Shown here in pieces: positions 38,639 to 47,519 of a stretch of DNA of 64,000 bases. A model generated the notes under the pieces. That model saw only the letters and a list, made by a program, of their open reading frames with translations, did not search any database and was not told the origin of the DNA. Position 1 is the first letter of the stretch. Each line of letters begins with the position of its first letter. A program made the position numbers and the translations under genes. Where the stretch lies: NCBI GenBank assembly GCA_041662545.1, contig JBAZSH010000004.1, forward strand, positions 1,803-65,802. Direction: 5' to 3'. The DNA is from Minisyncoccota bacterium. GTDB lineage: Bacteria > Patescibacteriota > Minisyncoccia > Phycocordibacterales > DSPV01.

Positions 38639-39340
38639 ATGGATAAAAAGCAACCGAACGGCCATATTCACCCGATTTCTGGTGCAATTTTGCAAATCAG
38701 CGAAATCTTTAACGAGCTCGGTTTTGCTGTGGCCGAAGGGCCAGAACTGGAAGACGAGTGGCATAATTTTGACGCCTTGAATGTACCAAAAGATCACCCT
38801 TCGCGCGATATGCAGGACACCTTTTGGTTAAAGGATGGGGGATTGCTTCGCACTCACACAAGCCCGGTACAAATCCGCTATATGGAACAAAAAATCAAAG
38901 AGGGTATAAAGCCACCCTATCGCATCATCGTGCCCGGTAAAGTTTTCCGCAATGAAGCCACCGACGCCACTCACGAAGCCCAATTCTTTCAATGCGAGGG
39001 ATTATATGTTGACAAGGAAGTATCGCTGGCGCAACTCAAATGGACTCTGCTTTATTTTTTCAAAAAATATCTTGGCCAAAACGCGGAAATTAGATTACGG
39101 CCAAGTTTTTTTCCTTTCACCGAACCGTCGGTAGAAGTGGATGTGAAATACGGCGACAAATGGTTAGAGATGGCTGGCGCTGGTTTAGTTCATCCAAATG
39201 TTTTCAAGTCGGTCGGCTTGGAAGGTTATACCGGTTTCGCTTTTGGCAGCACTATTGACCGATTGATTATGGTCAAATATGGTGTCCCCGACATCCGCCA
39301 GCTTTACTCCGGTGATTTGCGATTAGTAAATCAGTTTTAG
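38639..39340 (+). CDS. pheS: phenylalanyl-tRNA synthetase alpha subunit (catalytic core only, 233 aa)
   Basis: It has class II motifs 1 to 3 (HPSRDMQDTFW, FRNEATDATH and GFAFGSTIDRLIM). Confidence 0.85.
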   Translation: MDKKQPNGHIHPISGAILQISEIFNELGFAVAEGPELEDEWHNFDALNVPKDHPSRDMQDTFWLKDGGLLRTHTSPVQIRYMEQKIKEGIKPPYRIIVPGKVFRNEATDATHEAQFFQCEGLYVDKEVSLAQLKWTLLYFFKKYLGQNAEIRLRPSFFPFTEPSVEVDVKYGDKWLEMAGAGLVHPNVFKSVGLEGYTGFAFGSTIDRLIMVKYGVPDIRQLYSGDLRLVNQF

Positions 39341-39349
39341 AATAAATCT

Positions 39350-41206
39350 ATGCTTATTTCCTATAACTGGCTTCAGAGATATTTTGAAAAAAAACTACCA
39401 ACAGCAGAAAAGGTGGCTGAAATTTTAACATTCAGTGCTTTTGAAATTGAGAGCGTTGAATCCCTCGACAAACTAGGGACAGAAGAAAAAGATTTTGTTC
39501 TGGATGTGAAAGTCCTGCCCGACCGCGCCCATTACGCGCTTTGCCATCGTGGCATCGCTAGAGAATTGGCGGCGGCAAAACCAGATTTACGGATGTCAGA
39601 CATCCGTCATTTACAGACATCTGACATCTGTAAATTGAAGCTTTTGAAAATAGAAATTGATAACCTCACTGACTGTCGCCGTTACATCGGCCGCCAGATA
39701 GAGGGTGTGAAGGTTGAACCTTCACCAGATTGGATAAAAAAACTGTTGGCTTCCGTTGGTCAGCGTTCAATAAATAACATCGTAGACGCGGGAAATTTCG
39801 TAATGTTTGATATGAATCAACCACTTCACGCTTTTGATGCTGACAAAGTAAAAGGCACCATTCAAATTCGTAGGGCAAAAAAAGGCGAAAAAATTATCAC
39901 TTTGGATGATAAAGAAATTGTCCTTGACCCAGAAATTTTAATTATCGCAGATGACGAAGGGCCACTAGCAATCGCCGGTATCAAGGGTGGTAAAAAAACC
40001 CAAGTAACAGAAAAAACGAAAAATATAATCTTGGAATCAGCTAATTTCAATCCAACACTCATCAGAAAAACCGCCCAAAAATTGAATCTCCAAACTGATG
40101 CCTCCAAGCGTTTTGAAAATGACCTTTCGCCAGCCATTGCCGAGACAGCAATAAACGAATTGTCGACATTAATTGCTGAAGTTTCGCCCAACGCCAAATT
40201 CGGTGAATTAGTAGATGAATATCCCAAACCGGTAAAACAGAAAATCGTTAAAGTTTCTCCTGATTTTGTCGCCCAAAAACTTGGTGTAAAAATTTCCGAA
40301 AAAGAAATCGCGGATATTCTAGCGCGACTTAATATTGTCAACAGTATTATTCCAGCTGAAAGAATGGATCTACAAATTCCCGAGGACTTGGTGGAAGAAA
40401 TCGGCCGGCTTTATGGCTATGATAAAATTCCAGCGGAAAAATTGCCACCCGGTAAAACAAAACCAGAAATTAATAAAAATTTTTACTGGGAAAATCGCAT
40501 CCGACAAATTTTAATGGAATTGGGCTTCTCCGAAATTATGACTTCTTCTTTTCGGCCGAAAGGGGATTTAGAAATAGAAAAACCGCTAGCTTCCGATAAA
40601 GCTTTTTTGCGAACCCAACTCGCCGACCAACTAGCTATCAATTTAAAATTAAATACGCTCAATGCGCCACTCTTGGGTTTGAAAAAGGTAAAAATTTTTG
40701 AAATCGGTAGAGTGTTCCCAAAAAATGGCGAGGGGACCCATCTGGCACTCAACGATTTTGCCGAAGCCAAAACTGCTTTGGAAAAAATTCTCGGCGAAAA
40801 GATTACCACCTCGAGTCGCGATGACATTTTGGAAATCAATCTTGGCGCGCTGATAGAAAACCTTCCTGAACCAAAGACAACAAGGTTAAACCTTGAAGAG
40901 CAGAAAGGTTCAACCTTTAAATCTTTCTCACTCTATCCTTTTATCGTTCGCGATATCGCGGTTTTTGTGCCAACAGATGTTACAGCCGAAAAACTCTGGA
41001 TGACAATTGAAAAGGGAATTGGCAAAGAAAAAAATTTACTAATTAATCATTATCTTTTTGACGAATATCAAAAAGCCGACAAAAAATCTCTAGCTTTTCG
41101 ATTAATTTTTCAAGCGCCAGACCGCACCCTAACCGATACTGAAGCCAATAAAATTATGGGAAAAGTTACCGCCACCGTCTCTCAAAATAACTGGCAAGTA
41201 AGATAG
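39350..41206 (+). CDS. pheT: phenylalanyl-tRNA synthetase beta subunit (shortened, 618 aa). It carries two different in-frame palindromic insertions.
   Basis: MLISYNWLQRYF and the B3/4, B5 and FDX-ACB-like domains are present. One insertion encodes DIRHLQTSDICKL and the other PKTTRLNLEEQKGSTFKS. Confidence 0.8.
   Translation: MLISYNWLQRYFEKKLPTAEKVAEILTFSAFEIESVESLDKLGTEEKDFVLDVKVLPDRAHYALCHRGIARELAAAKPDLRMSDIRHLQTSDICKLKLLKIEIDNLTDCRRYIGRQIEGVKVEPSPDWIKKLLASVGQRSINNIVDAGNFVMFDMNQPLHAFDADKVKGTIQIRRAKKGEKIITLDDKEIVLDPEILIIADDEGPLAIAGIKGGKKTQVTEKTKNIILESANFNPTLIRKTAQKLNLQTDASKRFENDLSPAIAETAINELSTLIAEVSPNAKFGELVDEYPKPVKQKIVKVSPDFVAQKLGVKISEKEIADILARLNIVNSIIPAERMDLQIPEDLVEEIGRLYGYDKIPAEKLPPGKTKPEINKNFYWENRIRQILMELGFSEIMTSSFRPKGDLEIEKPLASDKAFLRTQLADQLAINLKLNTLNAPLLGLKKVKIFEIGRVFPKNGEGTHLALNDFAEAKTALEKILGEKITTSSRDDILEINLGALIENLPEPKTTRLNLEEQKGSTFKSFSLYPFIVRDIAVFVPTDVTAEKLWMTIEKGIGKEKNLLINHYLFDEYQKADKKSLAFRLIFQAPDRTLTDTEANKIMGKVTATVSQNNWQVR
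39586..39634. repeat. second-family in-frame palindromic insertion in pheT
   Basis: The sequence is TTACGGATGTCAGACATCCGTCA followed by TTTACAGACATCTGACATCTGTAAA. It shares the GTCAGAC core. Confidence 0.6.
40883..40919. repeat. in-frame REP-like inverted doublet in pheT
   Basis: AAGGTTAAACCTT-gaagagcaga-AAGGTTCAACCTT. Confidence 0.85.
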
Positions 41207-41207
41207 T

Positions 41208-43016
41208 ATGAACAACATCCGCAATTTTTGTATTATCGCTCACATTGATCACGGCAAAAGCACACTGGCTGATCGGTTTTTGGAGTTGACCGGTACCATT
41301 GAAAAAAGAAAAATGACTGATCAGGTTTTAGACCGAATGGAGTTGGAACAAGAAAGGGGAATTACGATAAAAATGAAACCGGTCCGGATGATCTATGGTA
41401 ATTATATTTTGAATTTAGTTGATACGCCGGGGCACATTGATTTTTCCTATGAAGTATCGCGGGCCTTGCGGGCAGTGGAAGGCGCGATTTTGTTGGTGGA
41501 CGCTACTCAAGGCGTGCAAGCGCAAACTCTAACTACTTTGGAAATGGCGCGCGAAGCGGGGCTCAAAATTATTCCCGTTGTCACTAAAATTGATTCTCCT
41601 CTCGCTCTAATTGAAGAAACTAAAACGGAGTTGGCAAAAGTTTTAGATTGTTCTGTGGAAGAAATTTTGGAAGTATCAGGTAAAACAGGAGAAGGAGTAG
41701 AACAGTTGCTGAAAGTTATCATTGAAAAAGTGCCCTGCCCGTCCGATAGGCGGGCTCCGCCAAAAACCCTAAAAACCGACGACTCTGGAAATTTCCGCGG
41801 TCTAATTTTTGACTTCAAATATTCAAACCACACCGGCGTTACTGTTTATCTGCGGGTTTTTGGTGGCGCAATTTCCAAAAAAGATAAGCTGGCTTTCGTT
41901 GCCAGCAAAAGAAAATTTTTACCGATTGAGATCGGGATTTTTTCACCATTGGAAATACCAACTGAAACACTGACGGCTGGAGAAATCGGCTATATCACCA
42001 CCGGCATCAAAGAACCGGGCATAGCTTTAGTCGGAGACACGGTTGTATCTGCCGATAAAAATTTGCTGGCGCTCGAAGGTTACCTTGCGCCCAAACCGGT
42101 CGTCTGGGCTTCCATCTATCCAGAAAGCCAAAACAATTGGAATGATTTACGCCAAGCATTGGGGCGACTGAGTTTATCGGACTCTTCCTTTTCTTATGAA
42201 GAAGAATCTTCGGGAACTTTAGGGCGAGGTTTTCGTTGCGGTTTTCTTGGTATGCTCCATTTGGAAATTGTTGCCGAGCGCCTTCGTCGAGAATTTAATT
42301 TGTCATTGGTGGTCACTCTGCCTTCCATTACCTATGAAATTTTGGACAAGAAAAATAAAAAGCGAACCATTTACTCGCCTAGCCAATTTCCCAACGACGG
42401 CGAAATTCTAAAAATTTATGAGCCCTGGGCAAAAGTTAAAATCATCACACCGGCTGATTATCTTGGTGAAATTATTCAATTGGTTCATCGCCACGAGGCG
42501 ATAGTCATACAAACCGAAACCTTCGGCGGCAATCGCAATTCTTTGGAATTGGATATGCCTTTGCGAGAATTAATGCGCGACTTTTTTGATGAAATTAAAA
42601 GTGCCACGGCTGGCTTTGCTTCATTGTCATATAAAATCACCGAGCCAAAAGAGGCCGATGTTGTCAAAATGGAAATCTTAGTTGCCGAAGAACCAGTGCC
42701 AGCTTTCGCTCGTATCATTTCTCGTCTCCGACTTCAAGAAGAAGCTGACGCGGCGGTGGAAAAACTTTACAAAATTCTGCCGAGACAAATGTTCACCACC
42801 AAAATCCAAGCCAAAGCCCTCGGCCGAATTATCGCCTCACGAACTTTGAAGGCCCTGCGTAAAGATGTTACCGGCTACCTTTATGGTGGCGACATCACTC
42901 GCAAAAGAAAACTTTGGGAGCAACAAAAAGAAGGCAAAAAGCGCCTGAAGGAGCAGGGTAGAGGCAGAGTAAACATCCCGCCCTCGGTTTTTCTGAAGAT
43001 GATAAAGAAGGATTAA
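41208..43016 (+). CDS. lepA: elongation factor 4 (LepA)
   Basis: IRNFCIIAHIDHGKSTLADR, DTPGHIDF and the LepA C-terminal domain are present. Confidence 0.9.
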   Translation: MNNIRNFCIIAHIDHGKSTLADRFLELTGTIEKRKMTDQVLDRMELEQERGITIKMKPVRMIYGNYILNLVDTPGHIDFSYEVSRALRAVEGAILLVDATQGVQAQTLTTLEMAREAGLKIIPVVTKIDSPLALIEETKTELAKVLDCSVEEILEVSGKTGEGVEQLLKVIIEKVPCPSDRRAPPKTLKTDDSGNFRGLIFDFKYSNHTGVTVYLRVFGGAISKKDKLAFVASKRKFLPIEIGIFSPLEIPTETLTAGEIGYITTGIKEPGIALVGDTVVSADKNLLALEGYLAPKPVVWASIYPESQNNWNDLRQALGRLSLSDSSFSYEEESSGTLGRGFRCGFLGMLHLEIVAERLRREFNLSLVVTLPSITYEILDKKNKKRTIYSPSQFPNDGEILKIYEPWAKVKIITPADYLGEIIQLVHRHEAIVIQTETFGGNRNSLELDMPLRELMRDFFDEIKSATAGFASLSYKITEPKEADVVKMEILVAEEPVPAFARIISRLRLQEEADAAVEKLYKILPRQMFTTKIQAKALGRIIASRTLKALRKDVTGYLYGGDITRKRKLWEQQKEGKKRLKEQGRGRVNIPPSVFLKMIKKD

Positions 43017-43178
43017 CCACTATTAAAAAATCGGGGTGTAAAGCAAAACCATACTGACTGAAACAAGAATACCAAGCACTATCCAAACCATCCTGATTCT
43101 TTTTTTATTCTGTTGGGAAAAAAGCATCGTCATTTTTTTATGATATCATATTATCTTGGATTACAAAATATCAATAAT

Positions 43179-43553
43179 ATGTTACCAAAAATCAAAAAAA
43201 TCTTTTTTGCCCAATGGAAAACCGCGATTATGATAATTTTGGTGATATTCGCCGGTCGAGCAGCCTTCAATATTTATGGCCGATATCAAGACAGCCGAGC
43301 CAGTTTAGCGTTGATAGAAAAAGAATTGACGACAATAGAAAATAAAAAAACGACCTTGGAAAAAACCACGACAGCATTAAAAACCGAAGAGGGGATTAAG
43401 GAAGAAATTCGACAAAAATATCAAGTTGCCCAAGACGGCGAGCAGTTAATAGTAATTATTGATGATGAACAAAAAAAACCAACTGAAACTCCGGAAAAAC
43501 GGACGGGAATTTGGCAACCGATCTTAAAGTTTTTCGGCCTAGAGCGGAATTAG
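43179..43553 (+). CDS. septum formation initiator (FtsB/DivIC-like) protein
   Basis: It has a TM helix, a coiled coil and EEIRQKYQVAQDGEQLIVII (the DivIC motif). Confidence 0.55.
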   Translation: MLPKIKKIFFAQWKTAIMIILVIFAGRAAFNIYGRYQDSRASLALIEKELTTIENKKTTLEKTTTALKTEEGIKEEIRQKYQVAQDGEQLIVIIDDEQKKPTETPEKRTGIWQPILKFFGLERN

Positions 43554-43615
43554 TTTAGTGGCAGAACGAGTGCTTCCCAAGCATTAGACGCGAGTCCGAT
43601 TCTCGCATTCCGCAA
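43545..43615 (+). tRNA. tRNA-Gly (anticodon CCC)
   Basis: It has the acceptor pair GCGGAAT/ATTCCGC and an anticodon loop TTCCCAA. It overlaps the last 9 nt of the upstream ORF. Confidence 0.8.
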
Positions 43616-43640
43616 AATAATTTGCTATAATCTCCGCATT

Positions 43641-43877
43641 ATGAAAAAAGTAACAATTTACTCCACCGCCTCGTGTATGTATTGCAAACTGGCGAAAGAT
43701 TTTTTTAATGAGCATAACATCAAATATGAAGAATTTGATGTGGGCAATGATTTGGAAAAAAGGCGAGAGATGGTAGAAAAAAGCGACCAAATGGGCGTGC
43801 CGGTAATTCAAGTGGGTGATGAAATTATCGTCGGTTTCAACAAAGCTCTCCTTTTGGACTTATTAAAAATTAAATAG
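43641..43877 (+). CDS. glutaredoxin-like protein (NrdH/Grx family)
   Basis: It has a CMYC redox motif and a thioredoxin fold (VPVIQVGDEIIVGF). Confidence 0.75.
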   Translation: MKKVTIYSTASCMYCKLAKDFFNEHNIKYEEFDVGNDLEKRREMVEKSDQMGVPVIQVGDEIIVGFNKALLLDLLKIK

Positions 43878-43883
43878 TGACTA

Positions 43884-43955
43884 GCTCTCATAGTTCAACG
43901 GATAGAACGGCGCACTCCTAACGCGCAGATCCAAGTTCAATTCTTGGTGAGGGCA
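43884..43955 (+). tRNA. tRNA-Arg (anticodon CCT)
   Basis: It has the acceptor pair GCTCTCA/TGAGGGC, an anticodon loop CTCCTAA and the T-loop GTTCAATTC. Confidence 0.75.
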
Positions 43956-44035
43956 CTTGACAGATAAATCACACTATGCTAGGATATTAGGTAGTAAACA
44001 AAAGGCCTTTTAGGGCCTATTCCGTTCATTGACAT

Positions 44036-44251
44036 ATGATAGAAAAACACAAAATCGTCACAACGGTAGTGTTGGGGCTGGCGGTAGTTATACTACTGCT
44101 TTGCCGCTCCATTGCTCCAAAAGAAAGGGCAGCGGAACAACAGGTCGTTGAGACCAATGCAGTTTCTTCCGCGCAGGCGGAGAAAGTCATCAGTAATGCT
44201 GATGGTTCAGTCATTGTGCGAGACAAAGGTGCCTCGTTCAAGATTCGGTAG
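44036..44251 (+). CDS. small membrane-anchored hypothetical protein, the first gene of a GC-rich islet
   Basis: It is 71 aa with one TM helix. The GC content is about 55%. Confidence 0.35.
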   Translation: MIEKHKIVTTVVLGLAVVILLLCRSIAPKERAAEQQVVETNAVSSAQAEKVISNADGSVIVRDKGASFKIR

Positions 44252-44311
44252 TCGGTCAGTCAGTAAACAACAAAAAAACAGAAACGCAGACAAACAGAAA
44301 GAAACAGCAGT

Positions 44312-45397
44312 ATGAAAAAAACAGCAATCAAGTCAATCGTGGCAATGTTCATTGCCTTCACCATCATCGCCTTCAGCGCCTACGCTCAAGATCCGCCCAA
44401 TCCGCCCACCAGTGGTGGTAGCGGAGGAGGTGGAAGCAGTCCGGTCATCACCGCCCTGCCGATGATCCAATCCCAAGATGCCCTGCGCAACTATGCGCTC
44501 GACATCGCCAGGTTCGGCACGAGGAGCGTCAATGCTCCGACGCTGGACTGGAACTGGGTTGGGAACATCAACTACACCAACGCAACCGGCGCCTACGGCG
44601 AGCAAATATTGGACAAGTTGTTCAACGCAGAGTTCGTCTATCGACTGACAAATCCCGAGGACAAAATCTCCGGTTATGTCTATCTTTACGACGCCAAATT
44701 CGGCAACGACAACAATCCAAATATGTTGTTCTTCGGCAATGCCAGCTACACGCTGGCTGACCTCAAAGTCAGCAAGCCACAGTACAACATTTGGATGCAG
44801 AGCATTCCGCTCCCTCTCTCCAATGTGAGTTCCGCAGAGGTTCTCGCTTTGGATGAAGATGGCAAGACGGCACGGCGCGAGTCATTGGACATCAACAATG
44901 GACAACCCAAGCTCAATCCCTGGTTTGCAGGAGCGCCAAATGGCATCCTGGCTGTGAAATTCCAGGACGGTTCGTTGGTTACCTATGACCTCGCCAGTCC
45001 GACCGGCGAAGTGCCAGTCGGTTCTCACGAGTCGGCGGCGTGGAAAGTGGACGGCCACTATGTCTACAAAACCGGCGAGAAGCCGACTAGGGTGAAAATC
45101 ATTGAGACATGGCAACGGCCTTCGGTTCTTCTGGAAGCCACCGCCCCTCAGTACATCGTCATTGATGTCCTCGGGATTGTCCAAATGGATGGGAAAACCA
45201 TCTTTGAGCGACCTGTGTCAATGGAAGTAACTCGCCAGGACAGTGGAGAAACGGCGACAGTCGTCTTGAACAATGAGATGACCGACCCGCCGAAGGTGTT
45301 GTTCCCAGCCGGACAATTCCGAATCCGGTTCAACTGGACCAACTTCGGAAAGCCCAACAATATCTACACCGGCCCCACCGACGGCGGCAAGGGCTAA
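44312..45397 (+). CDS. secreted hypothetical protein on a GC-rich islet
   Basis: It has a signal peptide followed by a Gly-rich linker. The GC content is about 57%. A terminator follows at 45422. Confidence 0.55.
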   Translation: MKKTAIKSIVAMFIAFTIIAFSAYAQDPPNPPTSGGSGGGGSSPVITALPMIQSQDALRNYALDIARFGTRSVNAPTLDWNWVGNINYTNATGAYGEQILDKLFNAEFVYRLTNPEDKISGYVYLYDAKFGNDNNPNMLFFGNASYTLADLKVSKPQYNIWMQSIPLPLSNVSSAEVLALDEDGKTARRESLDINNGQPKLNPWFAGAPNGILAVKFQDGSLVTYDLASPTGEVPVGSHESAAWKVDGHYVYKTGEKPTRVKIIETWQRPSVLLEATAPQYIVIDVLGIVQMDGKTIFERPVSMEVTRQDSGETATVVLNNEMTDPPKVLFPAGQFRIRFNWTNFGKPNNIYTGPTDGGKG

Positions 45398-45421
45398 AGC
45401 CCAACTGACAAGTGCGATTCA

Positions 45422-45453
45422 AGCCCCGATGTAAACATCGGGGCTTTTCTTTT
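45422..45453 (+). terminator. intrinsic terminator
   Basis: AGCCCCGATG-taaa-CATCGGGGCT is followed by TTTTCTTTT. Confidence 0.7.
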
Positions 45454-45488
45454 ACAAATTATCATAATATACTTTAGATTATGAAATG

Positions 45489-45596
45489 TCGTTGAAGGCG
45501 TATATTGAGCGGGGGCTTGCGAGCGCGACTGGCGCGAGCACGAGGAAAATTTTAGTAAAAATTTATCCGTGCCCCGCGAGACATATGCCGAAAAAG
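45489..45596. repeat. copy 1 of a duplicated ~108-bp non-coding element (the other copy is at 54527..54634)
   Basis: It shares TCGTTGAAGG...GGCTTGCGAGCGCGACTGGCGCGAGCACGAGGAAAATTT...AAATTTATCCGTGC...ATATG.GCCGAAAAAG with copy 2. The central 39 nt are identical. Confidence 0.6.
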
Positions 45597-45612
45597 GCAT
45601 TTCATAAACAAT

Positions 45613-45873
45613 ATGACCGACGAAGAAAAAGAAATTTTGGAAAGAACTTACGAATTGGCAAAAGACACCAACGACAAAGTGTCCCGCCTTTACCGCAGTC
45701 ACCGATGGGGGAGAGCGATCAAAATTATTTATTGGGTGGCAATTATTGGTATGTCCCTCGGCGCCTACTGGCTCATTCAACCCTATGTAGACCAACTCAA
45801 AGAAGTTTACAGCGGCGTCGGCGACACCGTTGACACCATTCGCACCACCAGCCAAAACTTGCTAGGTTTTTAA
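45613..45873 (+). CDS. small hypothetical membrane protein
   Basis: It is 86 aa with one TM helix. Confidence 0.35.
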   Translation: MTDEEKEILERTYELAKDTNDKVSRLYRSHRWGRAIKIIYWVAIIGMSLGAYWLIQPYVDQLKEVYSGVGDTVDTIRTTSQNLLGF

Positions 45874-45879
45874 AAAGCA

Positions 45880-46215
45880 TTGAGATATAATATAATTAAA
45901 TTAATGGAACCAACATCAACTGAACAAAAAACTGACAAGCCGGTTTCGCTTGTTGTCGGAATCATCGTTTTGATTCTGACCGTTGCCATTGTCATATATT
46001 TTTTCACCAGCACCAATGTTAGCAAAAATCCTCAGGTAATAATGGAAAACAATAGAACATCGTTATTGGCAAGAATAAACACCGTCAACCAGGCACCCTT
46101 GACCCGCGAAGAAAAAATAAATATTCTTGAAAAGTATGGCGGGGCTCAAACCTCTCAATATAATTTTACCGACGAGGAAAAAGTAAAAATTTTAAAAGCG
46201 TTGAATGGGAAATAG
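45880..46215 (+). CDS. hypothetical membrane-anchored protein
   Basis: It is 111 aa with an N-terminal TM helix. Confidence 0.35.
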   Translation: MRYNIIKLMEPTSTEQKTDKPVSLVVGIIVLILTVAIVIYFFTSTNVSKNPQVIMENNRTSLLARINTVNQAPLTREEKINILEKYGGAQTSQYNFTDEEKVKILKALNGK

Positions 46216-46271
46216 ATATCCCCAAATGGTAGGTCTTGACATTGATTATCCGTTTGTATATACTTTTAGAT

Positions 46272-46499
46272 ATGGATACGACAATGTTAATAAAAACTAA
46301 AAAAAATCTTAAATTACAAGCGCAGGAACTGGCCAGCGACCTCGGTTTTTCTTTGACAGATATTATCAATGCGTCTTTAAGGCAATTCATTATTAATCAA
46401 GGTATGACAATTTCTAAAATACCTACGGAGAACTTAGATATATATACCAATAAAAATAATATACTTTCTGCGTATCAAGCGTCCTTGAAAGAATTTTAA
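46272..46499 (+). CDS. RelB/DinJ-family antitoxin
   Basis: NLKLQAQELASDLGFSLTDIINASLRQFI aligns with DinJ DLKNQAADVLAGMGLTISDLVR. A RelE/YafQ-like gene follows 7 nt downstream. Confidence 0.55.
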   Translation: MDTTMLIKTKKNLKLQAQELASDLGFSLTDIINASLRQFIINQGMTISKIPTENLDIYTNKNNILSAYQASLKEF

Positions 46500-46505
46500 A
46501 ACGAT

Positions 46506-46775
46506 ATGATTCTTTTAAAAACAAAGAATTACAAAAAAAGTGCGGCTTCTTTGCCAAAAAAAGATCAGAATTTGCTCTCTTCTCGAGAGAAGTTGTTGGC
46601 AGAGAATATATTTCATCCAAAACTTCACACTAAAAAATTAAAAGGATTTCCGACCGACAAAGTTTTTTCTTTTAGAATTACGCGTGTATGTAGAGGAATA
46701 TTTCGTTTAAGGGAACAAGATGTTGTCTTGTTTGCAATTGGTCATCGTAAAGATATTTATCAGTCCTTAAAATGA
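46506..46775 (+). CDS. RelE/YafQ-family toxin (mRNA interferase-like)
   Basis: FSFRITRVCRGIFRLREQDVVLFAIGHRKDIY is the RelE/ParE C-terminal signature. Confidence 0.55.
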   Translation: MILLKTKNYKKSAASLPKKDQNLLSSREKLLAENIFHPKLHTKKLKGFPTDKVFSFRITRVCRGIFRLREQDVVLFAIGHRKDIYQSLK

Positions 46776-46853
46776 TTCAAGGTTATCCACAGGACGATTC
46801 ACGACATCGTCTACCCCCTAAATAATCTAAATAATGTATGATATAATAAAATT

Positions 46854-47519
46854 ATGGAAGATATAAAAAAAATTCACCCGGCTTTGCTCTCAATAATTTC
46901 CATTGCTGTTTTTGTGGTAAGTTTTATCGGCGCTCCCTATATTTTTGCGCAAACCGCATTTGACTTTTCGCTTTCAAGTGGAGATAAAAGTGTAGTTCAG
47001 GGTAGTTCGGTTTCAAATACAATAACTACCACCCCAACCCCAACATCGGGAACTCCAACTCCAGTTTCTTTTAATGTTTCTGGATTGCCACCAAATAGCT
47101 CGGCATCTTTTTCACCTGCTTCCTGCACTCCGCCTTGCGCGCCAACAATAACTATCTCAACAGACCCCTCAACTCCCGCTGGCGTATATCCTATTACCGT
47201 CGTCGGAATATCTAATGCTCTCGCCCCATCTGGCGCAGGGATATGGAATCTAATCAGTGGTAGTTCGTTCAATGGTGATGGAATTTGTCGATATGAATTC
47301 TCGTGTGACGATATTCTGAATAGTCCGGTAGAACCAGAATATAATGGCACTTCTAATTCAGTAATTCGAAATGGCGTTAGTTGTTCAAACATTGGTGTAA
47401 ATTCAACCTGCATATACAGCTACTTCGAGACACCCTGTGGTGGCGGGTCGGGTGAAAATAAAGGGGTAAGTATTGGTTCTATGGGGTATAAACGGGTCTA
47501 TAAATGTGTTGCCAATTAA
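46854..47519 (+). CDS. secreted Thr/Pro/Ser-rich hypothetical protein
   Basis: It has a signal peptide and TM helix, a low-complexity TTTPTPTSGTPTP stretch and a Cys-rich C-terminus. Confidence 0.45.
   Translation: MEDIKKIHPALLSIISIAVFVVSFIGAPYIFAQTAFDFSLSSGDKSVVQGSSVSNTITTTPTPTSGTPTPVSFNVSGLPPNSSASFSPASCTPPCAPTITISTDPSTPAGVYPITVVGISNALAPSGAGIWNLISGSSFNGDGICRYEFSCDDILNSPVEPEYNGTSNSVIRNGVSCSNIGVNSTCIYSYFETPCGGGSGENKGVSIGSMGYKRVYKCVAN

Noticed and set aside
45486-45833. 115-aa ORF reading through copy 1 of the duplicated element (MSLKAYIERGLASATGASTRKILVKIYPC...)
   Set aside because: It shares its N-terminus with the ORF through copy 2 only because of the DNA repeat. The two substitutions are non-synonymous and the downstream sequence is a basic low-complexity read-through that overlaps the 45613 ORF. 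It is treated as non-coding repeat.
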